The notes beneath the pieces are model-generated. The model made no database searches and was not told where the DNA came from. It saw nothing but the letters and a program-made list of their open reading frames with translations. The translations under genes were made by a program, and so were the position numbers. Positions 1 to 8,543 of a stretch of 64,000 nt of DNA are shown here, piece by piece; the first letter of the stretch is position 1, and each line of letters begins with the position of its first letter. Source of the DNA: Candidatus Poribacteria bacterium (GTDB taxonomy: Bacteria; Poribacteria; WGA-4E; WGA-3G); NCBI GenBank assembly GCA_964291315.2, contig OZ219753.1:992001-1056000 (forward strand), given 5' to 3'.

Positions 1-100
1 CCACTACACTTGGTGCAGCCTTTGGCAGTTTCCGGGCCCGCGACTTTGCAGTAGAATACCACCATATTTTTCTCAATGCTTGCTTGATATGCTTGAACAT
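1..100 (-). CDS. possible 5' end of a gene running off the left edge (MFKHIKQALRKIWWY...)
   Basis: ATG at 100, open to the window edge, co-oriented with the upstream TonB receptor; too short to identify. Confidence 0.3.
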   Translation of the reverse strand, partial: MFKHIKQALRKIWWYSTAKSRARKLPKAAPSVV

Positions 101-179
101 TTTTTGTCTTCTTGAAAATACGGAATTTACGAATTTATGACTAGCAATCAGAAAGAGTCTAACGGGCTATTTCAAACTG

Positions 180-2210
180 CTAGAAGTTTATCGTGATGCC
201 CAACGTTGGCACGATCGGAAACATTGGTTCTTCTTCAATCTCACAGCCGACAACAGCATTCGACTCTTCATCGCGAACTTCGCTAAATGCGTATTGGTCT
301 ACATTTGTATGGTTGTACAAATTCAAAATCTGAAAATACCAAGACAACGTCCATCTGCGATGTGGGCTCCGCTTGGTAATGCGAAAATCGAGGCTATGGT
401 AAGCAGGCATTCGTGCCGAGTGCGTATCTCCAAACTGCCGGTCACAGGCGATACGCCCGTCCGCTAAACGCACTTCTTCGTGCCTAAGCGGCGTTCTGGG
501 TTCACCTGTATGAAAACGCCAACTCAGATAGAGATACCAAGCCGGGGCGAATTGGTAATTCCCACTGACAGCGAAAGAATGTCTCCGGTCATGCTGGCGA
601 AAAATCGTCGCTCCACCCACGTCCTCTTCTGCAATGCCGTATGCATAACCGAGCGTCCACGCAAAACGACTGGAAACCGTATGTGTCGTGAACAGATCAA
701 CGCCCTTTGCTTTTCCAGATTCAGGCGGGACAAAAACCTGATTCTGTCTCCCGAACTCACGTAGTCGTCCAACCAAATTATCAAACGTGTTATAGTACCC
801 TTCAACGTTCACCAAAAAATTATCAGTGGGGGCATACTCAGTCCCGATGACGTAATGCACTGCTCGCTCCGCGCGCCTCACTGTCTCAATTCCGTCTTCT
901 ACAGGGATCCCCATTAAATGAATAGGTTGATGATAAATGCCCCATGCTCCGCGCAAGGTGATGGTCTGGGTAGGTTTTACAGCGAGAGCGACTCGAGGGC
1001 CGATCTCATAACGTTGTATACCTTCTTCCTGATACTGCTGATAGAGATAGCGTGCGCCAATATTCAGGGCAAGTTTAGGATGGAGCTGCCACTCATCTTG
1101 GAGGAAGGCATTGAATTCAGCTCCGCTCTTGTCAACATCGGCGTGAATTGGCTTATAAACGTTTATGCCTGCTTGTCGTTCCTGAACGTCATACTGGTAT
1201 TGTGCTGTTAACCATCGCCATGTTACACCACTATGAAACGTATGTTTTTCAAAAAGGTTTGCTGTGAGCTCCGTTTTTGCTCCTAAAAATTGGAAGTCCC
1301 TGTCATCCACATCTGCCTTCCCTGTTGTTCTATCTTGACGAGAGGTGCCGCCGAAAAGAAAAACATCTGTCCAATGTGAAGAACCAAATGTATGCCGCCA
1401 CTTCATCCAAGCCATGGAATTATCGTATTGAGAATCCAAATTATTATCTAGGTCGTCCACACGGATCCGATTTTTGTCCCATCCGTAAAGCCCATTGAGC
1501 GTCACCGTATCGGCAGGCGTAATCTGATAAGTGAGTTTGCTGAAGACATCGGCGTACTGCGGTTTATAGTTTTCATCGATGTCCATGAGCATCAGAATTA
1601 GGTCGATATACCCGCGCCGTGCTGACAGAATCCAACTGCCGCTTTCTTTGATTGGTCCTTCCAAGGTGGCTGTCGCGTTAATTAAATCTACGCCAAAGTT
1701 AGCAGAGAACTTCTTGGTGTTTGCTGTTCTCGTCGTCAGATCAAAGACTCCGGACATCTTTTCGCCGTATTTTGCAGGGAATCCACCGATGAGCAATTCC
1801 GTGTTCTGAATAAGATCAATACTTATCAGTGATACAGCGCCCCCGAAGTCCTGAAGATGATAAGGGTTGTAGAGTTCCATTCCGTCCAATCTGACCGAAA
1901 TATTATCTTTTTCACCGCCTCGCACGCTGAATCGCGCGCTGTAATCGCTTGAAACCACACCCGGAAAGATATGTGCTGCCCGCATTACATCGTTGTCAAT
2001 TAGCGGGAAACGTTCAATTTCCGCTTTAGATAGCGATATTCTGGCTGCAGTCCCGTCATAAATTGTAAAACGGCCCGGTGTTACAACGATCTTTTCCATC
2101 CGGACAGGCTCAGCATCCTCTTCGGCAGAGCTTGTAAATAGAGCTATGAATGCAAAAAATAGAGCATAAAAAATTAAGAACAATGTATGCAGAAAGCGAG
2201 CGTTGAACAT
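180..2210 (-). CDS. TonB-dependent outer-membrane receptor
   Basis: Signal peptide, TonB-box-like 'EKIVVTPG', plug motifs (FPGVV...SVRGG...DGMELYNPYH, GGFPAKYG), alternating beta-strands, C-terminal Phe. Confidence 0.9.
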   Translation of the reverse strand: MFNARFLHTLFLIFYALFFAFIALFTSSAEEDAEPVRMEKIVVTPGRFTIYDGTAARISLSKAEIERFPLIDNDVMRAAHIFPGVVSSDYSARFSVRGGEKDNISVRLDGMELYNPYHLQDFGGAVSLISIDLIQNTELLIGGFPAKYGEKMSGVFDLTTRTANTKKFSANFGVDLINATATLEGPIKESGSWILSARRGYIDLILMLMDIDENYKPQYADVFSKLTYQITPADTVTLNGLYGWDKNRIRVDDLDNNLDSQYDNSMAWMKWRHTFGSSHWTDVFLFGGTSRQDRTTGKADVDDRDFQFLGAKTELTANLFEKHTFHSGVTWRWLTAQYQYDVQERQAGINVYKPIHADVDKSGAEFNAFLQDEWQLHPKLALNIGARYLYQQYQEEGIQRYEIGPRVALAVKPTQTITLRGAWGIYHQPIHLMGIPVEDGIETVRRAERAVHYVIGTEYAPTDNFLVNVEGYYNTFDNLVGRLREFGRQNQVFVPPESGKAKGVDLFTTHTVSSRFAWTLGYAYGIAEEDVGGATIFRQHDRRHSFAVSGNYQFAPAWYLYLSWRFHTGEPRTPLRHEEVRLADGRIACDRQFGDTHSARMPAYHSLDFRITKRSPHRRWTLSWYFQILNLYNHTNVDQYAFSEVRDEESNAVVGCEIEEEPMFPIVPTLGITINF

Positions 2211-2374
2211 GCTATTGCCTCTCAGGAAGTTTTATACGGAGATATAAAGATATGCAGGCATTTCATCGGACTCTAAGTCGTAAGGATCCGTTGTTGCTGA
2301 AGGCCCCTACTTGTTCCTATTCGGTCTGTTTCTTTAACTGTAAGTCCATTATAACGTGCCTGATTCCGTAAGAA

Positions 2375-2404
2375 ATTATAACATATTCTGGCGGTTATAG
2401 TCAA
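2375..2404 (-). promoter_or_regulatory. sigma70-type promoter for the TonB receptor
   Basis: TTGACT-N18-TATAAT with TGn extension on the minus strand. Confidence 0.65.
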
Positions 2405-2443
2405 TTGAGAATGTGGATTAGCAGGCCCTTCTGATCTAAACAG

Positions 2444-2473
2444 TTGACACTTTCTCTATTTCTATGCTAAAAT
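2444..2473 (+). promoter_or_regulatory. sigma70-type promoter for the cyclase gene
   Basis: TTGACA-N18-TAAAAT with TGn extension, 28 nt before the ATG. Confidence 0.65.
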
Positions 2474-2501
2474 ATGCATTAAATTCGAACGATGAGACAT
2501 T

Positions 2502-4250
2502 ATGAAAGAACAAGTTATATCAGCTCTGACGCGCGGCATTGCCGCCTTGCTCACGCAACAGGACGAAGACGGACGCTTTGAGGGACAGCTCTCCTCAAGC
2601 ACCTTCCCGACGTGCGCTTATGCCTGGATTCAACTCGCACAAGGCGAAACCCCAGATCCTGACCTTATCCGATGGTTCATCACCCAACAAAATGAAGACG
2701 GCAGCTGGGGATTGGATACGGCAAACATATCAAATACAGAGGCAACTCGATTTGTGCGCGTGATTCTTGAGCAGATACACGCCCGCTCATCACAACCACT
2801 GCTCCAAAACCTACTGGCATCTGTCCCAAAACTTCCGCCGCATCTCGCGCACGTCAAATTAACGTATGCCGCCTTTGAGCAATTTGACTGGCACGAACTG
2901 ACGTTCTCAGAAAACGCGCTGCCTCTCATGAAACTTGCCCGGCAACTGACAAAAATTCCCTTCCTCGGCAAGCGATTGTCTCCCCCACGGCATCGGTTAC
3001 CGCCTGTGGCTTTGTTTAATACCGCAATGTTCGATGCTCTCTTCATTGCCGAGCAACATACGCTCGTCGCTGTCTTTATTTTAATTGAACTCAACACAAC
3101 CCGCCGCCCTGACATGATTGAATCGCTTGTTGCCTGGTTAAAAGCCCGAGTCCTCAGCGACGGAAGTTGGTTTCGCGTCAACTACATCACAGCCCTTTCA
3201 GTTTTGGCACTTATTGAATTAGAAAAGAGGTGGGGAGCCGATGAAGAGATCGCCGCGCTTATTGCGCGCGGTACTGCTTGGCTTGAGACAACGCGGAATC
3301 CTGACGGCGGATGCCGAGAGGCGTTGAACTTGAACGTTTGGGATACAGCGTTGAGCGTCACGGCTTTAACAGAGATCGTGTCTTCTCTTGATGACGGGGT
3401 TCTGCCGGTGGATATCCAGCTCACTGATAGAGTCTGGCGCGCAGCACAATGGCTCGTCAAACATCAGAACACCGACGGCGGTTGGGCGTTCTCGGGGTTA
3501 GACGACAGCTCCCTGCCGAGCGATGCTGACGATACCGCGCTCGGCACATTGGCACTTATCCGTTCGCTCCGCCTGAAGAACGCCCCTAACAGAGAGGCTT
3601 TAGATGACTCCATTCGCCGTGGAGTTGCGTGGTTAAAGAGCCAACAAGGTCGCGATGGGGGTTGGAGCACTTACCAACCCGGGCAAGGCGATGTCGGATG
3701 TGTCAGCATCACCGCACACGCCATTGAGGCACTTTTTGAATTGGATCGGAGCGACCTCACAGATAAACCTAATATGCATCGTGAGATGAAGCGCGGTATC
3801 GCTTGGCTTCGTAAGCAAATCAGCCGAGAGGGCTATTGGCGGGACCTCTGGTTGGCGAAAGATACATACGGCACCGCGTGCGCCCTCATCGCATTTGTCA
3901 AGGTTGGACTAAAAGAGTTACCCGAAGTCCAACAAGGCATTCAATGGTTGGAAGGCAGCCAAAACGCAGACGGCGGTTGGGGTGAAGATATGTTTGGAAA
4001 CCCAACTGAAAGCACAATAGAGCAGACTGCATGGAGCACTTATGCACTCCTGCTTGCCGCCCCGGAAAGCCCTGCTGCTCAAAACGGGATTCGTTTTCTA
4101 TTGCAACGTCAAGAAGGAGACGGTTCATGGCCCGAACAGTCTGTGGGTATCTATTGGGAGATTATCGGCGGATATGCCGATCCGATTTATGCGTCTGTCT
4201 TTCCGATACTTGCTCTCAACCAGTTTTTGAAAACTTCCTTTGGTAAATAG
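2502..4250 (+). CDS. class II terpene cyclase, squalene-hopene cyclase-like (prenyltransferase/squalene oxidase repeats)
   Basis: Multiple QW repeats (QNEDGSW, QNTDGGW, QGRDGGW, QNADGGW, QEGDGSW), VWDTAL, catalytic DADDTA (DxDD). Confidence 0.85.
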   Translation: MKEQVISALTRGIAALLTQQDEDGRFEGQLSSSTFPTCAYAWIQLAQGETPDPDLIRWFITQQNEDGSWGLDTANISNTEATRFVRVILEQIHARSSQPLLQNLLASVPKLPPHLAHVKLTYAAFEQFDWHELTFSENALPLMKLARQLTKIPFLGKRLSPPRHRLPPVALFNTAMFDALFIAEQHTLVAVFILIELNTTRRPDMIESLVAWLKARVLSDGSWFRVNYITALSVLALIELEKRWGADEEIAALIARGTAWLETTRNPDGGCREALNLNVWDTALSVTALTEIVSSLDDGVLPVDIQLTDRVWRAAQWLVKHQNTDGGWAFSGLDDSSLPSDADDTALGTLALIRSLRLKNAPNREALDDSIRRGVAWLKSQQGRDGGWSTYQPGQGDVGCVSITAHAIEALFELDRSDLTDKPNMHREMKRGIAWLRKQISREGYWRDLWLAKDTYGTACALIAFVKVGLKELPEVQQGIQWLEGSQNADGGWGEDMFGNPTESTIEQTAWSTYALLLAAPESPAAQNGIRFLLQRQEGDGSWPEQSVGIYWEIIGGYADPIYASVFPILALNQFLKTSFGK

Positions 4251-4368
4251 TAAAGAACAGATGCGCTTTTAGTGGGTTACATAACGTACACCAAAACGCT
4301 CTGCGCTTCTACAGACAAGGGGACTTAACCTCGCCGGAGCTGATCTGTAAAACCTACCGTAGTTCGCA

Positions 4369-5055
4369 ATGCACACATTACAGAAAATTTCAGTTATCAT
4401 TCCGACTCTGAACGAGGCGAAGACTTTGGAGAAAATGCTCTCTCGGCTACAGTCAGAATTAAAATCTCAAGAACTTATTGTTGTAGACGGTGGGAGTACG
4501 GATACCTCGGTTTGTATTGCAAAAAGATATGGACGAGTGGTTGTATCGGAGCGAGGGAGGGCGAAGCAGCTGAATGCTGGGGCCACGGCAGCGACAGGGG
4601 ACATCTTCATCTTCCTGCACGCTGATATCTGGCTTGAACCGGGGGCATTCGATGCAGTAGCAAGAGCGCTGGCTTCAGGTTACGTTGGCGGCGGGTTTCG
4701 TCAAAAAATTGATGGAAAAAACATCTTGTACCGTCTTATTGAGAAAGCGGGCGATATCCGAGGCAAGTATCTAAAAGTATTTTATGGAGATAGCGGCATT
4801 TTCCTCACGCGAGCGAATTTCGAGAAAATTGGAGGCTTCCCAAACGTCTCAATTCTGGAGGAAATGGAATTCTCCAAAGCGTTGCGACGACTTGGCAAAA
4901 CCACACTGCTTACGCCTTGTATCCATATATCCGCGCGCCGTTGGGAAACAAGAGGAATTGTGAGGACGACGTTAAAGAACTGGCTCATTACTTTGCTCTA
5001 TTTTATCGGAGTTGCACCAGAAAAGCTTGCCAGACTCTACGGTCATATCCGATAG
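4369..5055 (+). CDS. glycosyltransferase family 2 (TIGR04283-like)
   Basis: ISVIIPTLNEA, VVDGGSTD, GRAKQLNAGA, FLHAD, SARRW motifs. Confidence 0.85.
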   Translation: MHTLQKISVIIPTLNEAKTLEKMLSRLQSELKSQELIVVDGGSTDTSVCIAKRYGRVVVSERGRAKQLNAGATAATGDIFIFLHADIWLEPGAFDAVARALASGYVGGGFRQKIDGKNILYRLIEKAGDIRGKYLKVFYGDSGIFLTRANFEKIGGFPNVSILEEMEFSKALRRLGKTTLLTPCIHISARRWETRGIVRTTLKNWLITLLYFIGVAPEKLARLYGHIR

Positions 5056-5198
5056 AAGCAACTGCTACCGGCGGTCATCGGTCTGTTTAACAAAAGGTTA
5101 AGAAAATACCGCTGCATTACTTCAGCAACACAGCGGCATCTTTGGTATATAAGAGGTCAAAACAGCCTAATGCTGTCTCAACGAAAAGGTATGCTAAA

Positions 5199-6065
5199 TT
5201 AACGAGTTTGCTTGAGGGATCCCCAGGTTGTGGCTAACTTGTTTTTGGCTTCAACATCGAACGTTCCCTCTTCAGCAAGCCAATTGTTGATAAATTCAAC
5301 AACCCCGATGCCTCGAATATCCGGTTTGTCTGCCCAAATAGGCTGCGATTTTTGCCACATCGCTGCAATCATACCCGTTCCATCTTTACCGGGCGATTTG
5401 CTAACGGCTACGGCTGGATCTGCCGTAGTTTTATCTGCCAATGCGAAAGAGACCACATCCCAATCCGAACCGTCAAACAGTTCAAGGTGCCACGGACGAT
5501 TGGATTTATAGTCTTTAAACGAAGGAAGAACCTTTTTGCCGAGGTCAGTCGCTTCAAAGTTACCACCTCGGTCAGAGAAAGTTAATCCAGGGATATCAAA
5601 GATATTCGCTGCACCTGCGGGGCCGTTATCTGGACTCCGAACACCGCCCTCGTAGCTCATGTAGAAAATCCAATCTGCCACGTTAATGACAACATTCCCT
5701 TCATCAATGAAATTTTCTACATTCGAGCCATCCGGTTTTTTGTTTGGGAACGGATAAAGTCCGCTCGGTGTAGTACCAGAGGCGAGGATAATAACATCTT
5801 GTTGCCCGTTGCCTGTGTGTTCAACACACCATTTTGCGAGTGGGGAATTATCGCCTTCTTCGTCGCCGTCGCCAAAATCTTCTATGCTGTTAAAGAGCGC
5901 TTTGACACCGGGATCGTTCCTGATTACCTTGACATTTTCGGCAACCGCGCCATCAGATATCCACCCAGGGTTAGTTGGGCCTGAGTAAAATGCGAGATCG
6001 TTTGCTGAAACTGTAGCTACGCAGCTGAAAAGAGCAAACAGAGCTACACTTACATAAATTTTCAT
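5199..6065 (-). CDS. secreted protein of unknown function with C-terminal TWG tail
   Basis: Sec signal (..TVSA|ND), paralog of 6173-7051, ends DVEAKNKLATTWGSLKQTR. Confidence 0.85.
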   Translation of the reverse strand: MKIYVSVALFALFSCVATVSANDLAFYSGPTNPGWISDGAVAENVKVIRNDPGVKALFNSIEDFGDGDEEGDNSPLAKWCVEHTGNGQQDVIILASGTTPSGLYPFPNKKPDGSNVENFIDEGNVVINVADWIFYMSYEGGVRSPDNGPAGAANIFDIPGLTFSDRGGNFEATDLGKKVLPSFKDYKSNRPWHLELFDGSDWDVVSFALADKTTADPAVAVSKSPGKDGTGMIAAMWQKSQPIWADKPDIRGIGVVEFINNWLAEEGTFDVEAKNKLATTWGSLKQTR

Positions 6066-6128
6066 AATACACGAAATCTCCTTTTTGATTTCTACCAGTA
6101 TGTGATTTGAAATTTAATGAATATGTGC

Positions 6129-6150
6129 GGGTAGCACGTCCGTGCCACCC
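6129..6150 (-). other. intergenic stem-loop between the paralogs
   Basis: GGGUGGCAC-GGAC-GUGCUACCC, 9 bp with one G-U pair on the minus strand; no clear U tract. Confidence 0.5.
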
Positions 6151-6172
6151 ACAGTTTTACTGAAAAAAACGA

Positions 6173-7051
6173 CTATAGGCTCGATTTAATTCGGCCCCAA
6201 GTTGTCGCTACTTTGTCCTGAGCTTCGACTGGAGTTGTCAAGCTTCCGTGTTCCATGAGCCAGTTAGCGATAAATTCTATAACGCCGACTGCGCGTGGAT
6301 CGTCTCCGTCCCAATCAGGTTGTGCCTTCTGCCACATCGCGGCGATAACGCCGCCGTAGGTTGTGTTAACAGCAACTGCTGGATCGGCGGAATTCGGATC
6401 GTCTTCTGAAAGTGCGAAAGCGGTAACTTCCCAATCTGTCCCGTCAAACTGCTCAAGGTGCCAGGGACGGTCGGACTGGAATCCCATCAACGATGGGAGG
6501 TATTGCTCACCAGCATCTGTGGGCACCTGCGGGCCACCGCGGTTGCCGAAAGAGAGGCCTTCGATGTCAAAAACATTCGCCGCCCCGCTTGGACCGTTAT
6601 CTGCGCTCCGCGTGCCGCCTTCATAGCTCATATACAAAATCCAGTCTGCAACGTTGATAAAAACGTTCCCGTCTTCAACGAAGTTCTCGATGTTGGAACC
6701 GTCGGGATCTACATTCGGGAATTGATAGATCGCACTCGGGGCGGTTCCGGACGCAGCGATGAAAACATCCTGTTGCCCGTTCCCGGTGTGTGCTATCAAC
6801 CATTGACCTAATGGGGAATCGGAACCGACTTCATCACCGTCTCCGTAGTTTTCAATACTTTCGAAAATGGTTTGCATTCTGTCGTCGTTCATGATTGTCT
6901 CAGCGTTCGCAATAGCAGCCTCTTGTGAGATCCAACCCGAGTTTGTAGGGCCCGAGTAGATCGCCAGATCTGCAGCAAACCCACTTGTTAAAACAAGTGC
7001 GAACATTGCTACGCCGAGAGCTGAAATGTGGAAAAGTTGCTTCATTGTCAA
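6173..7051 (-). CDS. secreted protein of unknown function with C-terminal TWG tail
   Basis: AAGGAG RBS, Sec signal (..SGFA|AD), ends PVEAQDKVATTWGRIKSSL; start could be TTG 7051 or ATG 7045. Confidence 0.85.
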   Translation of the reverse strand: MTMKQLFHISALGVAMFALVLTSGFAADLAIYSGPTNSGWISQEAAIANAETIMNDDRMQTIFESIENYGDGDEVGSDSPLGQWLIAHTGNGQQDVFIAASGTAPSAIYQFPNVDPDGSNIENFVEDGNVFINVADWILYMSYEGGTRSADNGPSGAANVFDIEGLSFGNRGGPQVPTDAGEQYLPSLMGFQSDRPWHLEQFDGTDWEVTAFALSEDDPNSADPAVAVNTTYGGVIAAMWQKAQPDWDGDDPRAVGVIEFIANWLMEHGSLTTPVEAQDKVATTWGRIKSSL

Positions 7052-7107
7052 CTGATCTCCTTTTTGGAAATATATTTATAGGTAGTGTGTTTCTTTGAGA
7101 CGAAACG

Positions 7108-7839
7108 TTATTGTCTCAAACTTGCCCATGTGAGAGCAAGCTTGCCTTCAGATTTGACCGCGAGATTAACCTCGCCTGGTCTATCGTAAAGATAAAAATT
7201 GTCAATGTAGTAGTGTTGGAGCTGATTGGTGTGAATACCGAACACTCCTCTTGGATGAAGATTTTTTGGGTCTCTCCACTCGGTAACCTTCTCAAAAACC
7301 AGGGCGCCCTGCTCCTTGATGTAGAGTTGGAACATATTGCCGTCTCCGAGCAGTGCGAGCGTGTACCACTGTTTTGATACGACCTCAATCGGCAATTCCG
7401 TTCTGAGTTCGCGATACTCGTTCCAGGTACCCCGATCATTCCCTTCACGTTTGTACCAACGTGCAGAATTCGGGCGCCCCGCCCCATCAGCAGGTGTAAT
7501 AATCAATTGATAGAAGTGAAGGTCCTCGTTAGCGCGAAATAACAATTCCATTTTGCTTGCGAAAGGATCGACGAGCAAATGGAAGTCAAGCCGTAGCCCG
7601 AAATCCTCAAATTCTATCAGTCCGTAGCCAAAATCAACGTCCCCGTTACCATCGCCTTCAACTCTGTGGATTTCCAGATGGCCGCCTTTTACGTCCCAGG
7701 ACTCCTCTTGGCCCTTCCAGTACTTATCGTTCAGTTTCCCGCCCTTAAAGTCGTCGGCTACGAGAAGCTCTGCGGTGCTCATCTCACACAATAGCAGAAT
7801 CGACACTAACAAGACAAGAGAGATAACTCTCTTTTGCAC
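7108..7839 (-). CDS. secreted ConA/LamG-like (DUF1080-like) beta-sandwich protein with TWG-like tail
   Basis: Probable GTG start at 7839 after GGAGGG; signal peptide; 'DDF..W..SWDVKGG', 'WYTLAL', 'GVFGI..YIDNF' pattern; ends AVKSEGKLALTWASLRQ. Confidence 0.7.
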   Translation of the reverse strand: MQKRVISLVLLVSILLLCEMSTAELLVADDFKGGKLNDKYWKGQEESWDVKGGHLEIHRVEGDGNGDVDFGYGLIEFEDFGLRLDFHLLVDPFASKMELLFRANEDLHFYQLIITPADGAGRPNSARWYKREGNDRGTWNEYRELRTELPIEVVSKQWYTLALLGDGNMFQLYIKEQGALVFEKVTEWRDPKNLHPRGVFGIHTNQLQHYYIDNFYLYDRPGEVNLAVKSEGKLALTWASLRQ

Positions 7840-8051
7840 GGCAGTTCCCTCCAATTTTTTAATATCACATAAAATGAGTATTCGATTTAATAGTGATTCC
7901 GCGAGATTTGACATAAACTGCTGAAGCCTTAAACATCTACGGACATGTCAAACCATACCTCTTGACCTATTTTGCTGTTTACGTGTCAAACCTGCTGACG
8001 TGCGCAAGGCGCACAACAGGGAACCCAACAGTGAGTGCCTCCCCCTGTAAT

Positions 8052-8101
8052 AAAAAAAGCCCGCGCAGAAGCGTTCCGTATAAAATGGAACAGGCGCGAG
8101 C
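8052..8101 (-). terminator. intrinsic terminator
   Basis: GCUCGCGC/GCGCGGGC stem with inner GUUCC/GGAAC stem, followed by U7 on the minus strand. Confidence 0.7.
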
Positions 8102-8398
8102 GAAAAGGCAGCAAACCTTTAAAGTTTCCAAAACCGGCTTGTAATACGCGTAATATAAAATAATTAACGTATGTAGAGCATGGGGAGGGCACGCCTTGCT
8201 AAAAAGCAAGAGAACAGCAGAACTTCGCAGATAGGAAGCGCGCTGCACAGTGGAAATATTGCCGCGGAACCTTGGCGTTCCGGGTAGTGTCTTAACCGTT
8301 AAAGCTTTCATGCGTTTCATTGCTGGATGAACCAACGGTGATAGGGTTAACACGCCCTATCGATTTTACCTGCGGAATTATCTTCTTTCATACTTTCT
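8052..8398 (-). ncRNA. candidate structured non-coding RNA or attenuated leader, ~345 nt, family not recognised
   Basis: Bounded by a consensus promoter and a terminator; at least 8 hairpins whose G-U pairs work only on the minus strand; no credible CDS. Confidence 0.55.
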
Positions 8399-8476
8399 AC
8401 TTTAATTATACATTAAACTGTCAAGTATGTCAATTTTTTTTACATTCTATCGATTTTACCTCGGAATTGTCTTCTT
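8357..8476. repeat. imperfect ~30-bp direct repeat flanking the promoter
   Basis: CTATCGATTTTACCT(G)CGGAATT(A/G)TCTTCTT at 8357-8387 and 8447-8476. Confidence 0.85.
8405..8433 (-). promoter_or_regulatory. perfect-consensus sigma70 promoter
   Basis: TTGACA-N17-TATAAT on the minus strand with an A tract just upstream. Confidence 0.85.
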
Positions 8477-8543
8477 CAGACATTAGCAGGCGGAAAACAG
8501 AGCACCCCTGTTTATAAGTATCAACAGCCAATTCAGGGAGCAC

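Noticed and set aside
8129-8142. CAAAACCGGCTTGT resembling the RNase P RNA 3' motif
   Set aside because: No GAGGAAAGTCC partner upstream, and it lies on the strand opposite the promoter.
8357-8476. Direct repeat as a mini-CRISPR
   Set aside because: Only two imperfect copies; the ~59-bp spacer is the promoter itself; no cas genes.
7962-8517. Short ORFs across the gspD downstream spacer (124, 68, 60 and 65 aa) and the 14-codon MKEDNSAGKIDRAC
   Set aside because: No RBS or recognisable protein features; the 124-aa ORF runs through the terminator. The region is better explained as structured RNA.
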